A stretch of DNA of 64,000 nt, taken from Bacteroidota bacterium. GTDB lineage: Bacteria; Bacteroidota; Bacteroidia; Bacteroidales; NBLH01. A model generated the notes under the pieces. The model did no database searches. It had not been told where the DNA came from and was given only the letters and a program-made list of their open reading frames with translations. This document shows positions 19,238-29,800 of the stretch, one piece after another. The DNA lies in NCBI GenBank assembly GCA_025361565.1, contig JANYKN010000050.1:17914-81913 (forward strand). The letters are read 5' to 3'. Each line of letters opens with the position of its first letter. Positions within the stretch are counted from its first letter, which is position 1. The translations under genes and the position numbers were made by a program.

Positions 19238-22200
19238 TTATATAATATCATTTTCTATGCCACTCAATGTCAATTCTTTTTGTTCTGATATTTGATTATT
19301 TTTATTTTCCCACAATGCATTTATAATATCCTGAGCAAAAAGCTTATTATTAACCAACAGATTATTAATCAGATATATATTGATTTGCATAAGAGTTGCT
19401 TCTCCATTCACTGAAATATAGGTATTAAATAGCTCTTCAGGTTTAATGAATGGACAAAAAATATCTCCTGCATTTATTTTATTTCCGTTTTTAACTTCAA
19501 CTAATTCCCCTTCAGCCAGGATAATAAATTCATTAAAACGATCTGCAAATGTAACGGAAGCACCTTTTTCCAAAATTACTTCAATTGCCTTTGTTGATAA
19601 TTCAATGATTTGTTCCTCAATTACATGTGTAAATATATTTAGGTTTTTTAGTTTCTTTAATTTATCAAAGATTAAACTCTTACTTCCGTTGTCATAAGCG
19701 TTTATTTCGTTTGCAAAATCTTTTAATCCGGGTGCTTTTGTAAAATTTTTATTCACTTCTTTTTCAAAGAGATCCTTATTCTTTTTAAACAAACAAAAGG
19801 TTGCAAGTTGTCTCATCATTGGGTGTGGATGCACTATATTCCCAATCAGAATAGGAGTTATTTGCTCATCTTCAAATGTTGAAAGTATTTGAATTGCAAT
19901 GGTTTTTATATAAAGACCGGTTACCAGATATTCTGTATTTAGGATATCGATCAATTGCTCAACAGTATTTAATTTTTCTGATGGGAAATAATTCAGGTAT
20001 TTATTGATTAATTCATTATCCTGGTCACTTTCTAAGAGTGGTAATAACAATGGTTTATGAAATTCGGAAAAAATAATATCGGCAATTTCAAGAGCAAATC
20101 CTTTGGCATCTTTGTCATTGCTTTCAAGATTATCTGAGATTAGTTTAATTGCGTGAGGATCATACAAAACCGATAAAAGGGAAAATATTTTTCTCTTTTT
20201 TTCCAATTTTTCAAGTTCAAGGGCAATCAATATATTGTTGGATGTGAGGGATTCGCTTAAATTGATTATAGCAGAAGCAATATATACATGATTTTTTATC
20301 TCATTTTCTATTTTTTCCCAAACAATATTGCTTTCATTCCTGTTTGACATATATTTTAGAACACCTAATGACTTGATAATTTGCTCACTTACTAAGTTAT
20401 TGTGGTGTCTGATATTTCGTTTTAAAAATTCGATTGCTTTTTCGCCTCCAATTTTTTCAGCCAATTCAATAATTTTTATTTGAAATCCAATATCATATTC
20501 TGTTTTCTGGAAATCATGATCCAATTCTGTCAAAATGGCTTCGCCAATGTTGATTATCGCAGCCGAAACTGTATTGTTGAAAACAGGGTTCTGAAATAAA
20601 GTAACCAAATGATAAAATAAGTCGGTTTCTTTCATTCGTCCAGCTGTAATAATGGCTTCGCATTTAACTTCAAAGTTATCGTCGTGAAGAAGCCTAATCA
20701 ATGGCTTTTCAATTTTGTAAATCGAATAATTCGATAAATTCCGTGTAGCTATAATTCGATCAGTAGGATTTTCTGATTTTGAAAGTTCAATAACATCGTT
20801 GAATTTCAATGTTTTGTTCAAATTCAAAATTCGTACAATTTCATCATTTTGAGCTATGATTTTATCAGATTCGTAAGGGAAAATTAATCGGCAAAGCTTT
20901 ATTAGCGAAGGAAGTTGCGTGTGATTACCTTTTGCAATATATTCATTTAATGTAAATAACAAAGGGTGTAAATCAGTGATTCCAAGTGCCTCTCTTTTAT
21001 TCGATAACATCATTTGTAATTCATTTCGGTACTCTTTGTAGATTTCAACTGCACTTTTAGTCCAAAAAATAATGACTATCAATAAAAAAGCAGAGAAATA
21101 AACCAATGAAAATCCAGGAATTTTAGCAAATAGGAAAAGTAAAATACCAGCCGCAATGCTTGCATATGCTTTAGGTCCACTTTCTACTTTATTCTGAAAC
21201 GATATTCGTTCATCCGGAGGTAGTGGTTGAAATAAAACTTGAGTTGCCGGATCGTGAAACGAAGTCCTGACAGCCCTTGTAAATAATCTGCCCAGAGCAA
21301 CAAATGAAAAAAATAAAGAGAAAGCACCATAAATTAGCCCAAATATAGTGGCCATAGTAACACTAAATACCATAACAAGTGGAAAAACAAGTAAACCAAA
21401 TTTCATCCCATATTTTGCCATTAACCTACCCGAAATAAAGGATTTGAGTATAAATTCAACAATGGAACTAATCCCGAAGAATATACCAACAAATGCAGTA
21501 AGAGCCTCTTTGTCTGGATATTCAATCTTTGCCTGGGCCTGAAAAATAAAATCAATAAAAAACTGAACAAAAATGGGGACAAAGGCAATTACGAAGAATA
21601 ATTTATAATACCGGTTTTGTAAAAATGATGTTTTTTTCTGAGCTTGTCCATTAAACGATTTCTTTGTTTTTTTTGTGGGATCTGCCAACTTTTCATTGTA
21701 CTTTTTTACAATCAAAATCATAATAAGAAAACCAATCAACAAGGAAATGCCTGAAATTAGAAGTAAATCTTCAGTGCTGATTAGTTTCAATAAAAAAGGC
21801 ACAGAGAAAAAAGCAATAATACTTGCAACAACCTCGCCACCAGATATAAGGCCAAAAACCCTTTTGCCTTGTCGTAAAGAAAATAAACGACCCGCCATTC
21901 CCCAAAAAGTAACCGCATGAATATATGCAAAAACACGAATCCATGCATATATTATAAAAATGATTATCAACGGTTTAGAACCAATGAAAAAGATTATAAA
22001 AACAATAATCGAAATCAGGAGAAATCCAATTCCTCCTGTTAAACTTTTGGTAAAATCATATTTTTTTTGAAGTGTCGAAAAGATTTGTCCAACCAGCCAT
22101 ACTATTACCCCTGAAGCAATAAATGCAATGGAAAGCATATCGCGTTCAAAAATATTCAGAAATAGGGCAGTACTGCTGGTAACAAAAAATGCCAGTGAAG

Positions 22201-22297
22201 CTCCTGCAAAAAAGGAATAAACAACTGGTAAAAATACCAGCAACCCTTCACCTTTTTGTATGTTTAAAGCATTAAATATGAGGCTTTTTGTTTTCAA
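19238..22297 (-). CDS. Fusion protein with an N-terminal ~12-TM MFS/NTT(TLC)-like transporter, a central HEAT/armadillo-like repeat region and a C-terminal degenerate cyclic-nucleotide-binding-like domain
   Basis: The first ~430 aa are strongly hydrophobic with many TM segments. The middle ~400 aa is a helical repeat region. The C-terminal ~135 aa has a CNB-like beta-roll pattern (FIILAEGELVEVKNG...AGDIFCPF...ISVNGEATLMQI) but lacks the usual FGE...R[ST]A cassette. Confidence 0.7.
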   Translation of the reverse strand: MKTKSLIFNALNIQKGEGLLVFLPVVYSFFAGASLAFFVTSSTALFLNIFERDMLSIAFIASGVIVWLVGQIFSTLQKKYDFTKSLTGGIGFLLISIIVFIIFFIGSKPLIIIFIIYAWIRVFAYIHAVTFWGMAGRLFSLRQGKRVFGLISGGEVVASIIAFFSVPFLLKLISTEDLLLISGISLLIGFLIMILIVKKYNEKLADPTKKTKKSFNGQAQKKTSFLQNRYYKLFFVIAFVPIFVQFFIDFIFQAQAKIEYPDKEALTAFVGIFFGISSIVEFILKSFISGRLMAKYGMKFGLLVFPLVMVFSVTMATIFGLIYGAFSLFFSFVALGRLFTRAVRTSFHDPATQVLFQPLPPDERISFQNKVESGPKAYASIAAGILLFLFAKIPGFSLVYFSAFLLIVIIFWTKSAVEIYKEYRNELQMMLSNKREALGITDLHPLLFTLNEYIAKGNHTQLPSLIKLCRLIFPYESDKIIAQNDEIVRILNLNKTLKFNDVIELSKSENPTDRIIATRNLSNYSIYKIEKPLIRLLHDDNFEVKCEAIITAGRMKETDLFYHLVTLFQNPVFNNTVSAAIINIGEAILTELDHDFQKTEYDIGFQIKIIELAEKIGGEKAIEFLKRNIRHHNNLVSEQIIKSLGVLKYMSNRNESNIVWEKIENEIKNHVYIASAIINLSESLTSNNILIALELEKLEKKRKIFSLLSVLYDPHAIKLISDNLESNDKDAKGFALEIADIIFSEFHKPLLLPLLESDQDNELINKYLNYFPSEKLNTVEQLIDILNTEYLVTGLYIKTIAIQILSTFEDEQITPILIGNIVHPHPMMRQLATFCLFKKNKDLFEKEVNKNFTKAPGLKDFANEINAYDNGSKSLIFDKLKKLKNLNIFTHVIEEQIIELSTKAIEVILEKGASVTFADRFNEFIILAEGELVEVKNGNKINAGDIFCPFIKPEELFNTYISVNGEATLMQINIYLINNLLVNNKLFAQDIINALWENKNNQISEQKELTLSGIENDII

Positions 22298-22309
22298 TTT
22301 TGAATATTA

Positions 22310-22969
22310 TTAATCATCAATTGTTATTGGTTTGGATCGATCTCTAACCATAAATTTATAACCTAGTTTGATATAAGTCATAAAAAGTGGTTCGTGAAAA
22401 ATATCTTTAGTTATCGCAAATTGTATGCTTATACCACTTTTATCTATCATCTCAATGCCAGGACCAATGAACCAATATCCTTTATCAAATGCTTTTTCAA
22501 TTGTCCATTTATCGTAGCTTAAAACTCCTAAATATGTCATTTTTGTTACTTCATACTTTACATATTGGATAAAGTACATATGATTTTCAGATTGTTTGTT
22601 TAAGCCAAAAAAAAATTGTTCCTGAAAATTAATTAATAGTTTATGATTCATCACATCAAAATTAAAGTCGAGTCTTGGCCCTGTCCAGAATCCACCTGAT
22701 TGATCGTATTTTGAGTAATCAAAAAATTTAAATTTCCAAAAGTTTATTCCAACCATAAAATCAACCCTGGCCAGACTTCCGCTAGGAACGTATTTTGCAG
22801 GAGTAAAAATGTGATCATCAGGCCTTAAACGGAACTCCCACGGTGAATTTTCTATATTCATCCTGATTTCCAGGGCCATCTTAGTCCACATATCAACTGG
22901 AACTTGCGCTTGGATTTTTATCCCACAACAAATAAAAACTAATGTTATTATCTTTAAAAGACGTTGCAT
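22310..22969 (-). CDS. Secreted beta-rich hypothetical protein, possibly a small outer-membrane barrel
   Basis: Signal peptide MQRLLKIITLVFICCGIKIQAQ. It has an alternating aromatic/hydrophilic pattern. Its ATG (22969) directly abuts the stop codon (22972-22970) of the upstream gene. Confidence 0.6.
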   Translation of the reverse strand: MQRLLKIITLVFICCGIKIQAQVPVDMWTKMALEIRMNIENSPWEFRLRPDDHIFTPAKYVPSGSLARVDFMVGINFWKFKFFDYSKYDQSGGFWTGPRLDFNFDVMNHKLLINFQEQFFFGLNKQSENHMYFIQYVKYEVTKMTYLGVLSYDKWTIEKAFDKGYWFIGPGIEMIDKSGISIQFAITKDIFHEPLFMTYIKLGYKFMVRDRSKPITIDD

Positions 22970-24196
22970 TTATTTATTATTTTTTGAGATCCGCTCAAAT
23001 ATTTCAAGTAATTCATTTTCAGGAAAAACAGAACGGTTTAATTCATAGGCTTTTGTTTTTACAAAATCAAGAATTTCGATTATTTGATTTTCATTGAATT
23101 CATATCCTTTCAATTGAGCTACTTCTTTAATTACCCGGTTACTAGCCAGTTGAGTGACCAAGATTGTTTTTTGAATACCTAAAATTTTTTCAGGATCAAA
23201 CGGTTGAAAACTTTTGGTATCAACAAAAGGAGTTCCAGTTGAAATTGAATTGACGCCTGTTCCCACAATCGGATCTGTAACTTTTAAGTCAACACCAGTA
23301 TATTTACTTGCTAGTTGTGCTATTTTATGAAGCATTTTTAAATCCGGGGGTGTTAAAAAAAGATCCTTGCCTTCAATTCCAAATCGTTTCATCATTTTAT
23401 TGCATTCATAAACCAAATGAAAACAGAGTAATTCAGTTTGCACCAACCCATTTCGTTCTGCTAATCCAAGCCATGAGCTGGCTGCCAGATTTATTCCCTT
23501 ACGAATAGATTCGAGATTATTGGCCAAAGCAAAACCTAAATCATTATGAAAATGAACTCCATAGAGTTGATCTTTTTCAGAATGAAACTTTAGTTTTTCA
23601 ATGTAGCTTGCAACCTCAGTGGGATAAAGCTTTCCTTGTGTGTCGCCGAGATGAGTTATGGCAATTCCTTGTTCTTTAAGTAAGGCAGCTGCCTCTGCAA
23701 TATATTCGGGTTCAGTTTCAAACGAAGCAGCCAGTTGAACATCAACTGGGATTCCATTTGCATGGTCTACTGCAAATTTGGCAATATCCAACCCTTGCAA
23801 TAATACATCTTTTTGACTTTTGTGTAGCATTAAATTACACATCCGTTCCGATATGGGCAACACGTAAGCTATTCTTGCATATTTTGCATTCTTAACTGAT
23901 GCCAGACTATCCAAAATTTCATTTTTTGAGCTACGGCAATTTACTGCCAGATAACAATTATCAACTTGTTCTGCCAAAATTTTGATTGCTCTTTCTTCTT
24001 CCTTTCCTATTGAAATAAAACCTGCTGCAAATACCAAATGATCCGGGCCATTTAGCCCAAATAAACTTCCATGTTTTTTTGCAATATCAACTCTTTGGTT
24101 ACCACTTAGGATTGTTTTTGCCTGAGCGCCATCCCGGGCAATTTCTTCCCAAAATACAAAACGATTATTTTTTATTGATTCAACTATTCTATCCAT
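22970..24196 (-). CDS. DRE-TIM metallolyase superfamily protein (HMGL-like / isopropylmalate-homocitrate synthase-like), divergent
   Basis: The N-terminal motif is FWEEIARDGAQA (compare DTTLRDGEQ). The metal-binding HxH is VHFHNDLGFALAN, followed by GLAERNGL (compare GERAGNA). There is no signal peptide. Confidence 0.75.
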   Translation of the reverse strand: MDRIVESIKNNRFVFWEEIARDGAQAKTILSGNQRVDIAKKHGSLFGLNGPDHLVFAAGFISIGKEEERAIKILAEQVDNCYLAVNCRSSKNEILDSLASVKNAKYARIAYVLPISERMCNLMLHKSQKDVLLQGLDIAKFAVDHANGIPVDVQLAASFETEPEYIAEAAALLKEQGIAITHLGDTQGKLYPTEVASYIEKLKFHSEKDQLYGVHFHNDLGFALANNLESIRKGINLAASSWLGLAERNGLVQTELLCFHLVYECNKMMKRFGIEGKDLFLTPPDLKMLHKIAQLASKYTGVDLKVTDPIVGTGVNSISTGTPFVDTKSFQPFDPEKILGIQKTILVTQLASNRVIKEVAQLKGYEFNENQIIEILDFVKTKAYELNRSVFPENELLEIFERISKNNK

Positions 24197-24224
24197 TTCA
24201 ACACCATTTCAATTTGTAAATGTA

Positions 24225-26843
24225 TTAGAATTCATATATTAGACTTAGGTAAATATTCCTTCCATTTTGTTTCAAACTTGAGGCTAGCTCTGGAGTTACC
24301 TGATCCAATCCAGGCGAAAAATATTCAGTGTTTAAAATATTAAAAATTGAAAATTGTACCGTTAATCCTGTTTTCTTTGGAGAATAAGACAATGCTCCAT
24401 CCAGGATAAAATAAGGGGCAAATTTATCTTTGTTTGCAGGCACTGTGGTATTTTCGCCCGTTATTCGTTCGCTCACAAAGTTTGTCCGCAGGTTGATGTT
24501 TAAAACTTCTTTAAACAGATAATTAGCTCCAAAATTTATATGATGATTGGCTATATCGCTTATTCTTAATTTTTTATAGGGTTCCAGATTCGCATCCAAT
24601 AACGGATTGCCTTGGCTGTCAGTTGGTTTAATTGTATATGGAATGGTATAAGTATAATTCAGATAACAAGTTAAATCATTCCATTTCAGATTTGATGAAG
24701 CGTTAATTCCATAAACCTCAGCATTGCCTTTAGCTTGATTTTGATTGGTTAATGTACCGTCAGGTTTAGCGGTCTGGACTTCTTGAATGATATTGCTGTA
24801 CTGCGAAAAATAGGCAGCTGCCTCAACTGAAATCAGTTCACCGAAATCTTTGCCAATTCCAAATTCATAATTTTTCACTTTCTCGGGCTGCAATGTTGGG
24901 TTTGCAAGTTCCCTTTTACCTGCAGCGGTTGAATATTTTTCGCGGTTGGTTGCGTCTTTAAAAGCCTCGGCATAAATAGCTTTTAATGTATAGCCTTTTA
25001 ATGTGTATACAAATGCAATCCGCGGGTTAAATGCATTTCCATATCCTTCGTTTTCCCTTACTCTATTGTTGTCATACCTTAAACCAAGCGTTATTTTTAA
25101 ATGTTTGATAAGTGAAATCCCAGTTTGGGCGTAAAAACCAATATCTCTTGAAAAAAAATTATTACCGCCAGGAATTAAAGTTTGAGGAGAGCCGGATTGT
25201 TCCGCATCATTTTTACTCGATGAGGTATAGTCACCTTGAATGTTACTGAATCTCAGCTCAAAACCTGCCACAGCATCAATCCATTTAACGGGAGAAAAAA
25301 GAACCTTCATCTCTTCGCGCATTTGGTTTGACTTTTGGAAAAGATAAAGGCTATCAAAAGTGGGCACTTTTCCGTTGATTAAATTATCCAAATTGAAATT
25401 TCCTGTACTATAGTTTTTTCTATACCTGACAATACAGTTATCTTTATCAAAAAAATGATCTTTATAACTCAACAAATTACTGATATTTAAATTGTTCGAT
25501 ATTTTTTTCTCATATTTTGCATAAACATAAGTATGTATTGGCCTCCAGGATTGGCCTTGGTCATAACCCATAAATTGTGAATCGTTATATTGTGCACCTG
25601 GTCCTTCTGCTTTGTTCCAGTATGAATATCCAATCAAAAAATCGTATATTTTTAATTTACTTTCAATAAGAAAAGCCTGGGTATGATCCGAAAATGAAAC
25701 ATTGTTATAAACTACATTATCATATGCAAGCGCCTGATTAACACCTGCATCCGAAAGAATGATATCATTGTTAATATCTAAATTGTAATATGTTCCGGAG
25801 CTTGGATGGCTAGCTAAAAAATTGGTGACCTTGGTATCATCTGTAATGTCTAGCTTACTGTGATAATTTGTCAATCGATCTGCAGTCATCTCCCGAGGTT
25901 CATAACTGTGGCCAGGATAGCCTGATAAATTCTGTTCATCGGATAAAAAAAATCTTCCTGTCAACGAAAATGAAATGTTATTGTTCTTAGTTCGGGCAGC
26001 TAAACTGATATCTGCAAATTTAGTATTGTACGATCCATAAGAAACCCGTGCGTTAATTCCTGCTAATTTTCCTGGATTTATCATTTCCCATGGTTCCTTG
26101 GTTATGATATTGATTACACCCAAAAATGCATTGGAACCATACATAGTGGATGCCGGTCCATACACAATTTCTATGTTTTTGATGTTGCTTAAAGCATATT
26201 GTCGCGAAAGGTATACATTGCTCGACCACAAATCGTTATCTTCAATTCCATCAATTAAAAACAGCGTTCTGTTTGTATTGATAGAACGGTATCCACGCTG
26301 ATAAATATGCGAATATAAATTTCCGTTCGAACGGGATATATCAAATCCGGGCAAATCATGCAAAATGGCTTCTAAATCGAGATAACCTCTTGTTTTAATA
26401 TCTTTAGCAGTCAATAACATAACTGTTGCCGGCGCCTCTTTTATATTTTCGGATTTTTTAGAAACAGATGTAATTTGTTGTGCGCTATTTCTATCTTTTA
26501 TTGATTGAAGGATTTCGATAAATCGAGGTGGATCTGTAAGATAATCTGGTTGAAATTGCTGATCGATTTGCAGAAGTTTTGAAATTAATTGATTGGCCAA
26601 ACTGTCGTTATCTTGCTCAAGATATGATTTAGCCATAATTCTATAAGCTTGTACTTTTTGTTTATCATCGAATCCGTTAGCTACACATTTTTGAACCAAA
26701 TCAATCGCTTCGTCAAAATTACCTGATCTGTATTTTTCAGATGCATCATCAATTACCGACCAATCGCATTTGCTTTGTGCATAACCTGAAATGCTTATAA
26801 TCAAGCCAATCAAAAGAAATATATGTCTAATAATTTGATTCAT
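24225..26843 (-). CDS. TonB-dependent outer-membrane receptor with a ~110-aa TPR-like N-terminal extension
   Basis: A signal peptide ending YAQ is followed by a helical TPR-like segment (GNFDEAIDLVQKCV...AYRIMAKSYLEQDN...). The plug then starts at EAPATVMLLTAKDIKTRG and is followed by a long barrel. The C-terminal sequence is YLSLIYEF. Confidence 0.85.
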   Translation of the reverse strand: MNQIIRHIFLLIGLIISISGYAQSKCDWSVIDDASEKYRSGNFDEAIDLVQKCVANGFDDKQKVQAYRIMAKSYLEQDNDSLANQLISKLLQIDQQFQPDYLTDPPRFIEILQSIKDRNSAQQITSVSKKSENIKEAPATVMLLTAKDIKTRGYLDLEAILHDLPGFDISRSNGNLYSHIYQRGYRSINTNRTLFLIDGIEDNDLWSSNVYLSRQYALSNIKNIEIVYGPASTMYGSNAFLGVINIITKEPWEMINPGKLAGINARVSYGSYNTKFADISLAARTKNNNISFSLTGRFFLSDEQNLSGYPGHSYEPREMTADRLTNYHSKLDITDDTKVTNFLASHPSSGTYYNLDINNDIILSDAGVNQALAYDNVVYNNVSFSDHTQAFLIESKLKIYDFLIGYSYWNKAEGPGAQYNDSQFMGYDQGQSWRPIHTYVYAKYEKKISNNLNISNLLSYKDHFFDKDNCIVRYRKNYSTGNFNLDNLINGKVPTFDSLYLFQKSNQMREEMKVLFSPVKWIDAVAGFELRFSNIQGDYTSSSKNDAEQSGSPQTLIPGGNNFFSRDIGFYAQTGISLIKHLKITLGLRYDNNRVRENEGYGNAFNPRIAFVYTLKGYTLKAIYAEAFKDATNREKYSTAAGKRELANPTLQPEKVKNYEFGIGKDFGELISVEAAAYFSQYSNIIQEVQTAKPDGTLTNQNQAKGNAEVYGINASSNLKWNDLTCYLNYTYTIPYTIKPTDSQGNPLLDANLEPYKKLRISDIANHHINFGANYLFKEVLNINLRTNFVSERITGENTTVPANKDKFAPYFILDGALSYSPKKTGLTVQFSIFNILNTEYFSPGLDQVTPELASSLKQNGRNIYLSLIYEF

Positions 26844-26865
26844 GGTTCAGTCGTTTATTTCATTT

Positions 26866-29800
26866 TTAATCAACAGGTATTTTTTTGGTGTATACTATGT
26901 CTTTTCCAACATAGTTCAACCAGTTTTTATAGCTCATATTTTCTGAAATGTTATCACGAATGATTGATTTCAAATCAGTAATATTGATTTTAGAAATTAG
27001 GATACTTTTATCAGCGCTTCCTGAAAGTACCAATGAGTTATCTTTATTCAGCACAAGGCAATATACCCAATTTGAATGCCCTCCAATAATGGCTGGTTCT
27101 GCTTCTAAATTATCATAATCCCATATTTTTACATTACCATCATAGCTGCACGTAAGCATCCGGTTTTTTTGATTGTCAAAATGAATATCAGTTACTCCTG
27201 AGGCATGTGTGTATACCGATTTTATTGAATTGCCGTTTTTTATTTCAATTTTGCCCGATGCAAAACCAATAATTAAATCATTTTTTTTGTTCCAGCAAAG
27301 CGACAATATTTTTCCTTCTTTACTTTGATAAGTATCTTCAAGTGTGTGGGTGTTTGAATTAAAAATCCTTACAACTCCTTGTTCCGAAGCTACTGCAAAT
27401 TTGCTTTCATCAGAATTTGCAGCCCCGGCTATAAATTTTTCACTGGCATTAAATACAACTTGCGCTCCGGTTTGAAAATCTTTGAAATTCCAGGATCTGA
27501 TAAAACCATCGCTGCTGATGGATATTAATTGAGATGAATTCTTTAGTGCAAGCAGTTTATTTACTGAATAAGTATGTCCGGCTAAAATCATCAGGTTGTT
27601 ATTTTCGATATTCCAAACCATTATTGCCCCCTGATTAGTTCCTGCAACAACAAATTTATCATCAGGGCTGAAAGTGACTGAACGGAAATTATATTTCTTG
27701 TCAGACTTCGGGGTTTTCATATTCACAGGGTGTTGTGGATCTGAAAAGCTGAATTTCTTAACAGTTCCATCATCGCTGCACGATGCAAAATATTTTCCAC
27801 TCTCCGATACTGCAATATCTCGAACTGCATCGGTATTTTGTCCACGGATAATAACTGAAGAATTGCTAACTCCCGAAAGTGCTGCATATATATCCGGATC
27901 ATACATGTTTCCCTGATATTTAACATTAAAATACCATGCTTGATAGGCCATAATTAAAGGCAACTCTGCCTGCTCTTCAGAGAGGTTTTTCGATTTCAGG
28001 TTATCCTGATAAACTTTAATAGCCTGAACTGCCAATGATTTTGCAATTGCCAGTTTTCTTAATGTATCTGTGCGAGCTTCTGAAAATTCTGCCCTAACTT
28101 TCTGTTTTTCAGCTTTGTCTTTTTGAAAAAGAGCGCTGTCTCGTAATTTTTCAGCTTCTATTTGTAGAAATTTTGCTTTGTCCCTCGATTTTTCAGCTTC
28201 ACCTTTCGATACTAAAGCAAGACCCTTTTGGATAACCGCTTCTTTTTTCTGCTCCAGTGCGTAAAGTTTTTGTTCTTCCGCCATTCTCCGCTCTTCATCA
28301 GCTATCATTTGTTGCTGTTCTGCAATTTTTTTATGCGAGATTGCTTCTTTTTTCTGGTCTTCCGCTGTTTTGCTTTCTTCAACGGCTATTTTTTCACTGT
28401 CAAGGGCTTTCTTTTCACTTGTTTCAGCTTTTATTTTTAAGTTTAAAGCAACTACTAAAAACGAAATAGAAATGAGCGAAGCCACTCCCATAAAAATTGC
28501 AATATATTTTGCGCGTTTTAAATTTCGCTTTTGTCTCTCTTCTTTTGCTGCAATAGCTTTTTCGTGTTCTTTCCTGCTATATTCAAGATAAGTCATTGTC
28601 CGTTCAAATGCCGGATCGTACCTTATTGCCCAGGTTTCATTTGGATTATTGTCTTGTTTCCATTTTAAGGCTAGTTGTAAATCAGGATTTACAAGCAAAC
28701 CAGTTTTTCCTTCCTGATAAAGTTCTGCTGATTTGGAAAGTCGTAAGTAGAGCTGTGCTGATTCTGTTTCTTCGCTAACCCATGAAACTAATCTTTTCCA
28801 AACACGCATTATGCTTTCGTGCGAAATATCAATCACAGTTGTTGGCTTTATTCGGGTAGGTAATAAGGGCATTAAGAAACTATTGCCCTCAGCTCTGAAT
28901 TCTTCAATAACTGCAACAACATCTTCTTCATGAGCTCCTGTAATTTTACATATTTCGTCCAAACGTGCCGGTCTACGTGTGCCTCTATTGTCCTCTCCTA
29001 AGTGAGTAAGGGATTTAAAGAGTTTTTCGGTAACTTTTTTTAATTCAAGGTTTTGAAGCGAGCCATAAATTTGTTCAGCATGAACCGATAGGGCATCTGT
29101 AATGGTACCAATTGCCAAGTAATGTTCTACATCTACAGCCTGATCTGCTTCTGCATTGATCATCCAATAATCCCATGTACGCATTAATGCATGTTGCAAT
29201 ACAGGCAATCCAACATCATATGTTTGGATATGATGTCGTAGTAGGGCGCTCAATTCTTCCGATATTTTTGCTCCGGCAAGTATCGCCGGGCCTTTAACAG
29301 CTTCTTCTTTTTCCTCCAGCGTCATTTTAGGAATCAGATAATGCCCCTCGTTAATCATTTGAGGTAGTGCTTCAAATTCTGTGCAATCGCTTAAAAAATC
29401 AGAACGCATTGATAATACGATATATACAGGATGTGTTCTCTGTTTTGATAAACCGATTAAGAAATTTACAAATTGTTCAGATTCCTCTTTTGAATTCGAT
29501 TGATACTCATCGTCGCGATATCTAAAAACTTCTTCGAATTGATCTACATAGACCAACAAGTTGTTATGAAAATTAATTTTTTTGAAATGTTCGGTTAAGT
29601 TTACTGCATCAGTTTGAATTATTTTTTCGAGATCTTTATATGAACCTGTCAGATTATTTTCGATACCATATTCGCAAAAAGTATCAATTAGGGCATCTGC
29701 CATATTTCCAATAGGTTGATTTCCTGGTCTAAAAACAATAGATGACCAGTTTTTTGATATTTTTTTCAATTCAGGTATTAAACCAGCTTTGACCAAGGAT

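Noticed and set aside
19328-19645. The C-terminal domain of the transporter fusion as a functional cAMP/cGMP sensor
   Set aside because: The beta-roll pattern is present, but the phosphate-binding cassette residues (FGE...R[ST]A) are not visible in my by-eye alignment. I therefore call it CNB-like/degenerate only.
28228-28591. Cluster of four overlapping plus-strand ORFs (70-73 aa, F/L/S-rich)
   Set aside because: They lie antisense to the K/E/A-rich charged helix and the TM helix of the STAND protein. Low-complexity AAG/GAA coding on one strand gives stop-free TTC/CTT frames on the other. They have no promoter motif and no plausible protein features.
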